Positions 9,860 to 18,672 of a DNA stretch of 61,801 nucleotides are shown here, in pieces. Numbering within the stretch: the stretch's first letter is position 1; each line of letters opens with the position of its first letter. Source of the stretch: a virus. Taxonomy: Duplodnaviria; Caudoviricetes. Below the pieces are notes generated by a model. It made no database searches and was not told the DNA's origin. It was given only the letters and a program-made list of their open reading frames with translations. A program made the position numbers and the translations under genes. Location: positions 1 to 61,801 of the IMG/VR virus record IMGVR_UViG_3300049914_000132, one strand, 5' to 3'.

Positions 9860-10151
9860 TCACCACTCCTGTGGTCAGAGCGTTAGTTGACAGGTTGATC
9901 GCCCATTGCTTGTACGCCCTCATCCCGAACAATAGATGATCGCCTTGCTCTGCAAATGGAACTTCTGCTGTTCTGAGCCGTCTGAGCAAGCTGTCTCTGC
10001 TTTGGAAATACTTGCCCTTCCAGTCTCGGGCCGTTCCACGGATGGTAGAGCCTGACAGGCTCTCAATCCCCAAGATGATGTTTCGCTGGTACGATCCCTT
10101 TGCGAGCTTGAGCGCAGCATAGATCGCTTTGCTTTCACTCATGCGTTTCAT
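9846..10151 (-). CDS. Hypothetical protein
   Basis: GGAGG RBS; sits between the AAA and VWA genes. Confidence 0.55.
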   Translation of the reverse strand: MKRMSESKAIYAALKLAKGSYQRNIILGIESLSGSTIRGTARDWKGKYFQSRDSLLRRLRTAEVPFAEQGDHLLFGMRAYKQWAINLSTNALTTGVVNEAY

Positions 10152-10161
10152 GGTCGGCCTC

Positions 10162-11337
10162 CTAGTCCGAAATTCCAGCCGCAGAAAGAATGGGGGCTAG
10201 CTTCACGAGGACAGGTGTTGCAGCTGAGACAGACTTTCCGCTCAGCTTTGATCGAACGAGTACCTGTGCAGCAGGCACGATCACGTCTGCGGCGTCTTTG
10301 GCAACCTCGCTCATGATAGTCCAGAGCATGTTCGCGCGGTCTATTCTCTTGATGCACGTCGGAGGCGCGACAAGGGCAGCACACGAAGAAAGCACCGCGC
10401 TTGTTCTGTCCAGTCTCTTACCATCGTGCTTGAACTTTTCCTTCCCATCCAGGACATCGGCTGGATTGGGGAGGTCTTGTTTCTCTCGGAACGTAAAGAA
10501 TTCATTTGACGCGCCAATTCCGACGAACGACGCAACGATCTCTTCCTGGTCCGTGTTCGTACATCCGTGCAGATCTGCGCCTGCCAGAGCACGAGTCGCT
10601 AGCTCCCAGGTTCGATGGCTCGGCCACGCGGCTGATGCGCTTGGGTCGCCCTGCTTTGGCTCCATGTGCAGCAGGTCTCGCCGGGAGCGGATGAACGCGG
10701 TCACGGCTCCAACAGACTGAGCCCAATGATCAGGCCAGAGCTTCATGACACGCTTTTCCTCGGTCTCCATGACGATGGGCTTTTCGTCGTCATCTCTACT
10801 GTTGTTCGCTCCGGCCACCATGTAGATGACCCATTGCTCTGCTTCGGGTGCAGGCCAGGTCATATGACCTGCCCGATTGGCGACGGCGGAATCCAGGTCC
10901 CAGACTCCTGCTGCTGTGTCTGCTGGATTCATCGCAGCGAGCACACGGACGTGATCGCCTAGGTATGCACCACCGACCCGTCTGTCGTTTACGAGACCGA
11001 GTAGGTACGGCTGGAGAGCATGTGGAGCCCGATTGATCTCGTCGATGAACACGAGTCCACCTTTCTCCATAGAGAAAAACCACTCAGGGGGCGGATAGGC
11101 CAGCTTGAATTTTCCGTCTCCGTTGCGATCTGGAACAGGTACGACGCCGAACGCGCCCTCTCCGCGCTCACCTGGACTCAGGTTTTCCACATGAGGCATC
11201 CCCAGAGACACGCTCAAATCCTCGATGAGATGGCTCTTGGCCGTGCCCGGCGCGGCTCGGAAATAGAGCGGTAGACCCCAGTGACCGCGCAGGCCAGGGG
11301 TATAGAGCATCGTCTTCATGACTTTCTTGAGTTCCAC
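10162..11337 (-). CDS. MoxR-like AAA+ ATPase
   Basis: APGTAKS Walker A, VFIDEINRA Walker B, AAMNP sensor, SAVANR; paired with VWA gene. Confidence 0.85.
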   Translation of the reverse strand: MELKKVMKTMLYTPGLRGHWGLPLYFRAAPGTAKSHLIEDLSVSLGMPHVENLSPGERGEGAFGVVPVPDRNGDGKFKLAYPPPEWFFSMEKGGLVFIDEINRAPHALQPYLLGLVNDRRVGGAYLGDHVRVLAAMNPADTAAGVWDLDSAVANRAGHMTWPAPEAEQWVIYMVAGANNSRDDDEKPIVMETEEKRVMKLWPDHWAQSVGAVTAFIRSRRDLLHMEPKQGDPSASAAWPSHRTWELATRALAGADLHGCTNTDQEEIVASFVGIGASNEFFTFREKQDLPNPADVLDGKEKFKHDGKRLDRTSAVLSSCAALVAPPTCIKRIDRANMLWTIMSEVAKDAADVIVPAAQVLVRSKLSGKSVSAATPVLVKLAPILSAAGISD

Positions 11338-11361
11338 GTGTCGTTTCCTTTAGTTAGTTGA

Positions 11362-11556
11362 TCAGGCGCTAATCTTCAGTGAAATCTTCCCGTCTTCGAT
11401 GATGTTGCATGCTATCGCCAAGATCATTCTCATAGTGCAAGCGTCTCTCCTGTTTGAGAATATGGCACTGATCCTTTTTCCAGACTTTGCGTCTGTGATC
11501 AACCATCCGCCATCGGTTGGCACTATGTCGTACCCAGTCATCTCGACGATGTCCAT
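11362..11556 (-). CDS. Hypothetical protein
   Basis: AGGAGGAG RBS. Confidence 0.55.
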   Translation of the reverse strand: MDIVEMTGYDIVPTDGGWLITDAKSGKRISAIFSNRRDACTMRMILAIACNIIEDGKISLKISA

Positions 11557-11570
11557 TGCTCCTCCTTTGC

Positions 11571-12044
11571 TTACTCCTCCCCCTTGATCACCTTCGCGAA
11601 CCCCTTCAGGTTCTTGTGTAGAGTCGCATAGACACCGTCATGCACAGATGGCATCTTACGAACCTCTTTTTCTACTGTGTCGTCAATCTCTTTCAGGCTC
11701 TTGCCTTGTGCGCTCAGCTCGGCTCGCCTCTTCTTCCGGTAGTCCTCATTTCGTTGGCGCTCAGTCTCTTCAGCTTGTAGGACTGGAATGGATAGGAATC
11801 GACTGGACATCTCTACAGCTTCTCCGAGTGTCTTGACAGCTGTCGATTCTTGTCGCATTCGGCCGCAGTTCTGGATTGAGCTGACAAGATACGTTCGGAT
11901 AGGCTCAGCCAGGGCTGCAACTTCCGGATGTTGATATTTCAACCGCTCAAGCTCCTCAACGATTCCGTTGACGACCTTGGAAGCCCGTTCCCAATTGATC
12001 TTGACATCTTCCCAAACGATTTGCTCTGCCTGTGTGCTAGCCAT
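11571..12044 (-). CDS. Hypothetical helical protein
   Basis: AAGGAG RBS; 157 aa ORF in the leftward operon. Confidence 0.6.
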   Translation of the reverse strand: MASTQAEQIVWEDVKINWERASKVVNGIVEELERLKYQHPEVAALAEPIRTYLVSSIQNCGRMRQESTAVKTLGEAVEMSSRFLSIPVLQAEETERQRNEDYRKKRRAELSAQGKSLKEIDDTVEKEVRKMPSVHDGVYATLHKNLKGFAKVIKGEE

Positions 12045-12294
12045 GGTGTGCTCTCTCCTTACTATCTTCGTACCTGTTCACAGCAATGAGTCTTACTACA
12101 CGTGCAGCATCTTGAATCTGTTGGTCAGTCATTGTGCTGGAGTAGTCACAGCCGATCTCTTTTGCGACCTCTAGCGCGTGCTCGTCACAGTACCGAGCAG
12201 GTGGCTCGTCTGGCCAGCGCTGTAACGGCCAGGTACGAGGAGCCTCGTGTGGCCCGGCAGAGCACGTGTGCAGGACTTCTGCGTAGAGAGGCAT
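12037..12294 (-). CDS. Hypothetical protein
   Basis: Overlapping start/stop with its neighbours. Confidence 0.5.
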   Translation of the reverse strand: MPLYAEVLHTCSAGPHEAPRTWPLQRWPDEPPARYCDEHALEVAKEIGCDYSSTMTDQQIQDAARVVRLIAVNRYEDSKERAHHG

Positions 12295-12476
12295 CAGTTT
12301 TCCTCTGAGAGGTTCATCTCGCGCGCTGTGGCGCTAGCTCTGAGCTGTACCATGTAGATCTCTTCGAGGTCAGCTCGCGCCTGATATAATACGTTGAGTG
12401 CGGGTAGGAGACTGCCCATCCGTACCAGGTTTGACGCTGTATCGATTTGCTGCTCGATCTCCTTCAGGGTTGGCAC
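12294..12476 (-). CDS. Hypothetical protein
   Basis: AAGGTGG RBS; coupled to the next ORF. Confidence 0.5.
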   Translation of the reverse strand: MPTLKEIEQQIDTASNLVRMGSLLPALNVLYQARADLEEIYMVQLRASATAREMNLSEEN

Positions 12477-12498
12477 GACGAACCACCTTTCCTGTTAG

Positions 12499-12630
12499 TC
12501 AGTTCAGAATGCGTGGGAGGAGCCAGAGTAGGAGCCACAGACCGAACGCTGTCTCCAGGATGAACAGCGCGGCAGCCATCCGTCGCAGGTCCGCGTCCAA
12601 CCATGTCCAGATCTTTCGTAGAATCTTCAC
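12499..12630 (-). CDS. Small membrane protein
   Basis: GGAGGAG RBS, GTG start, single hydrophobic helix (43 aa). Confidence 0.45.
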   Translation of the reverse strand: MKILRKIWTWLDADLRRMAAALFILETAFGLWLLLWLLPRILN

Positions 12631-13021
12631 GGTTTCTCCTCCGGGTGCCAGATCAGCTCGGGCTCCACATGGCCAGCCTAAGCAGTGCACTAGTAGGCAC
12701 GGGCTGGGTGGGTGCGGGCTGGGTGTTGATAGCCTGCACGCGGAGGATGGTGGCGCGGAGGCTTGCGAGCACTGCACTGTACGTTTCCGTTACCTCGGTC
12801 ATCGTGTCTGTTTTCGGCGTTGTCATAAGCACTATATGTGCATCTACTGCTCCAACTTCTTCGCGTGTTTTTCTTGGAGAAAACATGAAGATCTCATGAC
12901 CCAGGGTGCACGGCGTTGACTCACCCGTTGTGTGTGCTGCTAGATGTGCTGCTAGATGTGCGGTTAGTGTGTGCATCTACCCTCAACGGGCTGGGCGCGC
13001 TACGCGCTACCAGGTAGCACC

Positions 13022-13037
13022 TGCACTATGCGTGCCA
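13022..13037 (-). promoter_or_regulatory. sigma54-type promoter candidate (leftward)
   Basis: Minus strand TGGCACGCATAGTGCA, GG-N10-GC; at the head of the leftward block. Confidence 0.55.
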
Positions 13038-13117
13038 AGCCTACACCAACCCTCCTGCGCAAAACTCCTGTGTTTCTAGCCAGTTAACGACGTTGGTTTG
13101 GGCGCTGGCGCTCACAG

Positions 13118-13161
13118 GTGCGAAAGTTTTTTTCCTAGTGCGAAAGTTTTTTTCCTAGTGC
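13118..13161. repeat. 20-bp perfect tandem repeat x2
   Basis: GTGCGAAAGTTTTTTTCCTA twice, then GTGC. Confidence 0.9.
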
Positions 13162-13487
13162 TTCTGGCATGTTACGAGCGAAAAAGCACAAAGTGTGCAA
13201 AGTATTTCGCAATTGGCTGGAGGAAAACGGGCTCTGGTGACACTTCACGGCTCATTCCGGCCGTGCGCCAGGCACACCAGGTCCCTCCAAGCGCGAAGCG
13301 AATCGGTCGGTCGGCACGCTGGCACCCCCGAGCCGTTTGTGTCGCTTGTAGACGATTTCCTTGTAAGATGGCATAAACACTAACAAATTTAGGAAGGAAT
13401 TTTACATAACGGAAACATGCCGAAAACGGGTAGCGCTCTCGCCCATCGCAAGTGCCTAGAATCACTAGGATTACAGCGTTCGGCCCA

Positions 13488-13541
13488 GCACACAAAGCAC
13501 ACAAAGCGCACAAAACGCATAAAGCGAAAAAGTGGCACAAA
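13488..13541 (+). repeat. 9-bp-period degenerate tandem repeat (iteron/operator-like)
   Basis: gcacacaaa gcacacaaa gcgcacaaa acgcataaa gcgaaaaag tggcacaaa. Confidence 0.7.
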
Positions 13542-13548
13542 ACGTGCT
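13533..13548 (+). promoter_or_regulatory. sigma54-type promoter candidate (rightward)
   Basis: TGGCACAAAACGTGCT, GG-N10-GC; about 50 nt upstream of the RBS/ATG at 13600. Confidence 0.55.
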
Positions 13549-13599
13549 ACTACTATTAGTAGCGCGTCGGACGCTCCGGCGCCAAAAAGGAGAGCACAA

Positions 13600-13848
13600 A
13601 TGGCACGAAAAACCTCGAAGCACAGCTACCACCCTACCAAGGTCGCACTCACGGACAACGGCAAGATTCTCGTCGGCATTCGTCGGATCGCTGCTGCGCT
13701 CGCGAAGGGCGTGCACCTGGCCGACACGCGGTTCTGTGGGCGCAACCAGATCCGGAGGCACTTGCGCATCGGCCGCGACGAGGATGGCCATGCGCACCTG
13801 ACGACCCTCCGCGAGGCGGACGAGCTGGACTACGCCGTCGTTGGCTAG
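13600..13848 (+). CDS. Hypothetical early protein
   Basis: AAGGAG RBS; 82 aa; high GC3. Confidence 0.65.
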   Translation: MARKTSKHSYHPTKVALTDNGKILVGIRRIAAALAKGVHLADTRFCGRNQIRRHLRIGRDEDGHAHLTTLREADELDYAVVG

Positions 13849-13863
13849 GCTGCACACCTGAGA

Positions 13864-14012
13864 CAGGCGAGTCTTCGGACTCGCCCGCTCGGATGGTGGC
13901 TCTGGCAGGACACGGCCGAAGTCTAGTTGCTCTCCTCCGGACTTCGCCGGAACGAGCGCTCCAGCCGGAGCCACCATCCGAGCGACAGCTCAACCTCTGC
14001 ATCCCGCAGAGG
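13864..14012 (+). ncRNA. Structured intergenic RNA candidate
   Basis: cUUCGg hairpin at 13866-13885; 21-bp stem 13886-13906 pairing with 13964-13984 and enclosing an internal hairpin; CCTCTGC/GCAGAGG hairpin next to the RBS. Confidence 0.5.
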
Positions 14013-14026
14013 AGATGGAGAAAACC

Positions 14027-14605
14027 ATGACGAAGAGACAGAGAAAGGCAGCAGAGAAAGCGGTGCGAGAGTCGTCCGCGAAAGCGCTGGTAGGGCAGTC
14101 CGGCGCGCAGCCCGAAGCAGGTGCCACAGACGACCGCAAGACCTACCGGCAGAAGATGGCCAAGCTCTCGCCCGTCGAGAAGGTCGCCTTCAAGGTCGGC
14201 TCGCTCGTCAAGCGCACCCAGAAGATCGCCGACCGGATCGTCGCCTGGGGTGTCACAAGCGAGCACGAGAGTGCCGACCAGGTGGCTGTCGTTTCGGACG
14301 CACTAGCAACTGCACAGACCGCACTGGATAGCACTCTCGACGCGCTGAACGACCTCGGCGATTTCAAGCCTCCGCGCAGTGGCGGAACTCGTGGTCGGCC
14401 GGCTCAGTTGGCACCCGGCGCCATCGTGCAGATCAAGGAGAAGTTCCGCGCAGAGTACGGTGAGCTGATGCCAGATGTCAATCTGGATGCCCTGAAGGTC
14501 ATCCTCTCCAGTGGCAAGAGCCTCAAGGTCAAGCTCTCGGACGGCACGACGGCGTTCATTGCCCGGTCCAAGGTCAAGCTCGCAGACGAAGACGACGGCG
14601 AGTAA
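14027..14605 (+). CDS. Hypothetical protein (helical N-terminus, SH3-like C-terminus)
   Basis: GGAG RBS; very high GC3, host-like codon usage. Confidence 0.7.
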   Translation: MTKRQRKAAEKAVRESSAKALVGQSGAQPEAGATDDRKTYRQKMAKLSPVEKVAFKVGSLVKRTQKIADRIVAWGVTSEHESADQVAVVSDALATAQTALDSTLDALNDLGDFKPPRSGGTRGRPAQLAPGAIVQIKEKFRAEYGELMPDVNLDALKVILSSGKSLKVKLSDGTTAFIARSKVKLADEDDGE

Positions 14606-14892
14606 GCCCAAGCACTGGCAGAGCAGGCGAGCCTCCGGGCTCGCCCGCCCTTGTAAGCCCCTCGGAGGGGGTCTACAAGAGCACGCATGCACATGACACT
14701 AACGCAAGCACGACGTGTGCACAGCTACACGTCGTCGATACGCGACAAGGATGAGCACAGGTACGCCATCGCCTATCTGCGCCACCTGAAGCACGCTGGC
14801 TCAGCCACGCCAGACCCAACTGAATATTCCATACCCAAACTGAGCGCCGAGTACGTTGCCTCAGAGATACGCAAGCGCTTGAGAGATCCACC

Positions 14893-15246
14893 ATGACAGT
14901 CAAGCTGACACATGAAGTTGTGTACAGTGTTCTGGATGAGATGTGCGTCGGCAAAGTAGCAACGTCGGACGGATTCAACCTCACAATGGATCAGCAGGTC
15001 TATCGGCTGGTCAGCGACATTCAGAAGGTAACACACGGAATGTCTAGCACAGTCTGGCGCATCATGAATCAGCAAGGTGTGCAATGCAGCACAAACATCC
15101 GCACTCTTGCACAGCTCAGAACAGCCATCCGAGAATGGGCTGCCGGGCCTAGGCCACCTGAACAGCCAGGTCACTATCTGTACGCCAAGCTCAATCAGCG
15201 CACTGCACTGTATGAATGGATCTATCGATCCAAGAAAGAAGACTGA
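14893..15246 (+). CDS. Hypothetical protein
   Basis: ATGA overlap with the upstream ORF 14687-14896. Confidence 0.5.
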   Translation: MTVKLTHEVVYSVLDEMCVGKVATSDGFNLTMDQQVYRLVSDIQKVTHGMSSTVWRIMNQQGVQCSTNIRTLAQLRTAIREWAAGPRPPEQPGHYLYAKLNQRTALYEWIYRSKKED

Positions 15247-15247
15247 C

Positions 15248-15436
15248 ATGGCTAAGATCATCGGTTCGGTTCCTCTTGATGAACTCAAAGCACAGGTAGC
15301 GATATCCGCTTTCGGTCGCGTGCCTACAGAAGGTCTGTGCGTGCAATGTGGCACGGACGAAGTCAAGCCAGAAAACTTCAAAGACGATATTTCACGTAGA
15401 GAGTTTAGTATCACACATTTCTGTCAGAAGTGTTAG
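15248..15436 (+). CDS. Small zinc-binding protein
   Basis: CVQC...FKDDISRREFSITHFCQKC, a common phage motif. Confidence 0.55.
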   Translation: MAKIIGSVPLDELKAQVAISAFGRVPTEGLCVQCGTDEVKPENFKDDISRREFSITHFCQKC

Positions 15437-15467
15437 GATGAGTTCTTTGTGGAAGGGGAGGATCAAG

Positions 15468-16325
15468 ATGGCGAATAGATCTGTCATTGCAGTTCCGTCT
15501 CTGTCTCCAGACGTTGCAGGAGCAATCGTCTACTGGAGACTCAGCGGGGACACCATGTTTGACAAGCTGGAGACAGCCTGGGGGAGCCTGGGGCTACCTA
15601 CCAACCAGCTCCCTAGCCTGCCGGGACCAGCTACCGCGCTCCGACGTGCAGTAGGTGACCAGCGCGCCGTCCGGTTCCTAGCCCGACCGCTGGAGGGCCG
15701 ACAAGGATGGGCACTCGTCGAAGAGCAAGCTGATGGAAATGACCTGGCGTACAAGATCATCCTGAAGGTGAAAACGAACGACATAGGGCGTCTCGACTTC
15801 TTCGACCAGAGCTACAGCGAGCAAGCTCGGAGTGCCATGGCTGCCATCCAGGTATCATACAGCCATCATCTTGAGGTTCTATCTCCAACAGATATCTCAT
15901 CGTGGATCGTGGATCTTGCAAGCGTTTGTGACGCCGTGCTCCTGCGAGACACGGGCGGAATCTACTTCATACCAAGGCACTCAAACCGTGCCTGGCATGA
16001 AATGGTCAGTGCCATTCGGACCGCGAGCGATCATGCTGTGTTTGAGATACCGGCTCTCCAATCAGATGAGGCTGTGAGCGCTATTCTCGACGCAGTATCC
16101 AGAGAGGCTCAGAGCGCCGCAGACGAGATAGATGAAGAGCTGAACGGAGAAGATGAGCTGAGCACCATCGTACTGAGCAATAGGAAGAGAGTAGTCCAGA
16201 AGGTGAAAGAGAAAGTGCAGCGGTACGAACAACTGCTCAGCACCAACTTGGACAGCTTGCATGCTCGGCTCAACGCACTGGACGCGAACCTGACGGCAGC
16301 GACACTTGCAGCAATGGCTGAGTAG
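15468..16325 (+). CDS. DUF3150/DUF6744-like phage protein
   Basis: GAIVYWRLS, LLRDTGGIYFIP motif, C-terminal coiled coil. Confidence 0.6.
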   Translation: MANRSVIAVPSLSPDVAGAIVYWRLSGDTMFDKLETAWGSLGLPTNQLPSLPGPATALRRAVGDQRAVRFLARPLEGRQGWALVEEQADGNDLAYKIILKVKTNDIGRLDFFDQSYSEQARSAMAAIQVSYSHHLEVLSPTDISSWIVDLASVCDAVLLRDTGGIYFIPRHSNRAWHEMVSAIRTASDHAVFEIPALQSDEAVSAILDAVSREAQSAADEIDEELNGEDELSTIVLSNRKRVVQKVKEKVQRYEQLLSTNLDSLHARLNALDANLTAATLAAMAE

Positions 16326-16667
16326 ATGAACCTGAAAAAACCAGCTCAGGACGCAAAGCGCAGACTGCTCGGTCTGAAGATTGTGCACTACACACCCTCT
16401 GGAGTTTGGCTGAATCATATCTACTGTGCGGACTGCAAGGAGACATATTCGATCAAATCCTTAATTCGCAATCATGAGTACTTTAGCACGACAAAGGACT
16501 CTGACAAGATAATGCAAACTGGTTTGATCTGGTGCACAGGAAAGACGTGCAAAGCGAATGCGGAAGCGAGTGCAGCTGATCGTGCATACAAGCACATTCA
16601 CGGCCTCAGAGTATCCACAATCATCGTAGAAGATACTCTGGTTGACAAGCGAAGAAAGAAACGCTAA
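16326..16667 (+). CDS. Hypothetical Cys-containing protein
   Basis: CADC...CTGKTC. Confidence 0.5.
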   Translation: MNLKKPAQDAKRRLLGLKIVHYTPSGVWLNHIYCADCKETYSIKSLIRNHEYFSTTKDSDKIMQTGLIWCTGKTCKANAEASAADRAYKHIHGLRVSTIIVEDTLVDKRRKKR

Positions 16668-16714
16668 AAACGCATAAGACGCATAAACTGAACAAAGTGC
16701 ACAGGAGACATAAC
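16661..16714 (+). repeat. Second 9-bp-period degenerate repeat
   Basis: acgctaaaa acgcataag acgcataaa ctgaacaaa gtgcacagg agacataac; shares ACGCATAAA with the 13488 array. Confidence 0.55.
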
Positions 16715-17344
16715 TTGCAAATTCTGCACATCAAGGATGACCAACTAGGCCCATCCCTGCGAAACGCAAACAAGATGGAGCCTGAGATGTTCAACAGGCT
16801 CGTCATGTCCATCAAGAAGTGGGGCTTCCTTGTTCCACTACTTGTTCAGCACCATCCAGAGAGTGAGCACCCATACGTCATCGCGGATGGCTTGCACAGA
16901 AGAGAAGCAGGGCAAGTCAACGGAATGGACAAGTTTCCGTGTATCGACTGCACGGGGCTCTCACAAGACGAGATAGAGCAGCTTCGTCTTTCGCTCAACA
17001 GGATTCACGGAGAGCTGGATCTGTCCATCGTTGCGACCATGTTCGGGGAGCTATCCGAGAACAAAGACATCACAATAGACGACATGGAAGTCACAGGGTT
17101 TTCCAAGCAAGAGATCTCCAGCTTGCTGGATAGCCTCAATCGAGAAGATCAAGACGACCTTGAACCAGAAGACGTTACGACTGGAGACAAAGACCCAGAA
17201 CAGCCCAGCCCTTTCGTGCTCGAAGTGGAGTTCAACGAGAAGGCTACCTATCAGCTCGTACGCAGGAGGCTGAAACGTGCAGCAGGCAAGGGTGGGACGC
17301 TTGCGCAGGGTCTCCTGAACGTGCTTGGGGAAGGAGAGGGCTGA
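16697..17344 (+). CDS. ParB/Srx N-terminal domain protein
   Basis: NANKM..LVMSIKKWGFLVPLLV..IADGLHRREA..LNRIHGE. Confidence 0.8.
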   Translation: MHRRHNLQILHIKDDQLGPSLRNANKMEPEMFNRLVMSIKKWGFLVPLLVQHHPESEHPYVIADGLHRREAGQVNGMDKFPCIDCTGLSQDEIEQLRLSLNRIHGELDLSIVATMFGELSENKDITIDDMEVTGFSKQEISSLLDSLNREDQDDLEPEDVTTGDKDPEQPSPFVLEVEFNEKATYQLVRRRLKRAAGKGGTLAQGLLNVLGEGEG

Positions 17345-17535
17345 TGGCGTCACGCGAGATGGTTGAGTTCAAAGTCTCTAGCGCGGAGGAGAACATTCTG
17401 CGCAGAGCCAAAGTGCTGAACACGATCAAAGAAAACGAGCACACTCAGGAAGAGAGGATTCTAGCAGAAGACAGGTACAGAGAAGCTGTGCTGACTTACG
17501 CACAAGCTACAAAGGAGTTGAAGGAATCCAAGTAG
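17344..17535 (+). CDS. Hypothetical protein
   Basis: TGATG overlap; GGAG RBS. Confidence 0.55.
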   Translation: MASREMVEFKVSSAEENILRRAKVLNTIKENEHTQEERILAEDRYREAVLTYAQATKELKESK

Positions 17536-17563
17536 ATCAAACCAAGTAGACCAAGGAGTAATC

Positions 17564-18382
17564 ATGACCTCCCGCCTAGCCTTCGTCGCCCCCAACCTAC
17601 GCGGCCCGTTCGCGGCTGGCATTCGGGATCGCCTGGCAAAGCTGCACCATCACGCCCTCATGCTGCGCTTGGCCACAGACGATCCGAAACGTCAACGGGA
17701 AGTCCTGCGCGCACTTGTCAAGAACGGCTCCCAGATCCCTACGGCCATCGTCTGCGTCTCGATGAGCCCCGACGCGGACGTGATTGCAGCCTATCGTGCG
17801 CTGAACGTTCCGTTCGTCACTATTGACGATGAAGCGAACGGAGCTGGGTCCGTGAGCTGCGACAATTTCAAGGGCGGATACCTGGCCGGCCGACACCTGA
17901 TCGAGCGGGGACACCACAAGATCGCGATGATCTCCGGTCGTACGTCTGGACCGGGGAGCTACAACGCATGCCAGAGGCGGGATGGATTTCGCAAGGCCCT
18001 CGCCGAGAGTCACGTCGCCCTCCTGACAATCGACTGCCACGAAGTGACAGACTATTCCCAGCTCGAAGGCGCACAATGGTTCTCGGCCCGCCCTCCCGAT
18101 ACCACTGCCGTTTTCTGCGCAGCAGGTGACCTCTGCGCGTCGGGAATCACCAAGGCCGCAGAGGGACTCAAGATCGACATCCCCAGGGAGCTCGCGATCG
18201 TGTCATTCGATGATGCGCCGATCGCCCAACAGACGCGCCCCGACCTCACCACGATCCGGCAACCGCTGAAAGATATGGCCGAGGTTGCGTTCAGGATGGC
18301 GTGCGTCGAGCCAACACTGACCCTTTCCAAGCCGAAGCACGTTTTGTTAGCTCCGGAACTGGTAGTGAGAGGGACGACATGA
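17564..18382 (+). CDS. LacI/GalR-family ligand-binding domain lacking the HTH
   Basis: DNFKGGYLAGRHLIERGHHKIA, RRDGF, TAVFC..D..A, IPRELAIVSFDD, LTTIRQP, PELVVRGT; no N-terminal HTH. Confidence 0.85.
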   Translation: MTSRLAFVAPNLRGPFAAGIRDRLAKLHHHALMLRLATDDPKRQREVLRALVKNGSQIPTAIVCVSMSPDADVIAAYRALNVPFVTIDDEANGAGSVSCDNFKGGYLAGRHLIERGHHKIAMISGRTSGPGSYNACQRRDGFRKALAESHVALLTIDCHEVTDYSQLEGAQWFSARPPDTTAVFCAAGDLCASGITKAAEGLKIDIPRELAIVSFDDAPIAQQTRPDLTTIRQPLKDMAEVAFRMACVEPTLTLSKPKHVLLAPELVVRGTT

Positions 18383-18672
18383 CTGCCCTGCCATCGCATG
18401 CGGTTGACGAGATTGTTCAGGGCGTAATTGCTCACGCCGAATTCTGCTTCGAGATGATCCGAAGAAAGGGCGAGGAAGCGGCCTCAGAATATGGTCGCCC
18501 CTCCACAGTCTTTCGTCCAAAGCTCACCATTGACGGCGACCAGTGGTGTGCGATCTATGGAGACAACCTGCAAGATGGTGTCGCCGGTTTCGGTATTTCT
18601 CCGGGTGAGGCCCTTTGGGACTTCGATCGGAATTGGTGGGCAAAATTGACACCAGCAAAGGAAGCGACATGA
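18379..18672 (+). CDS. Conserved phage hypothetical protein
   Basis: RPSTVFRPKLTIDGDQWCAIYGDNLQDGVAGFG motif. Confidence 0.65.
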   Translation: MTALPSHAVDEIVQGVIAHAEFCFEMIRRKGEEAASEYGRPSTVFRPKLTIDGDQWCAIYGDNLQDGVAGFGISPGEALWDFDRNWWAKLTPAKEAT

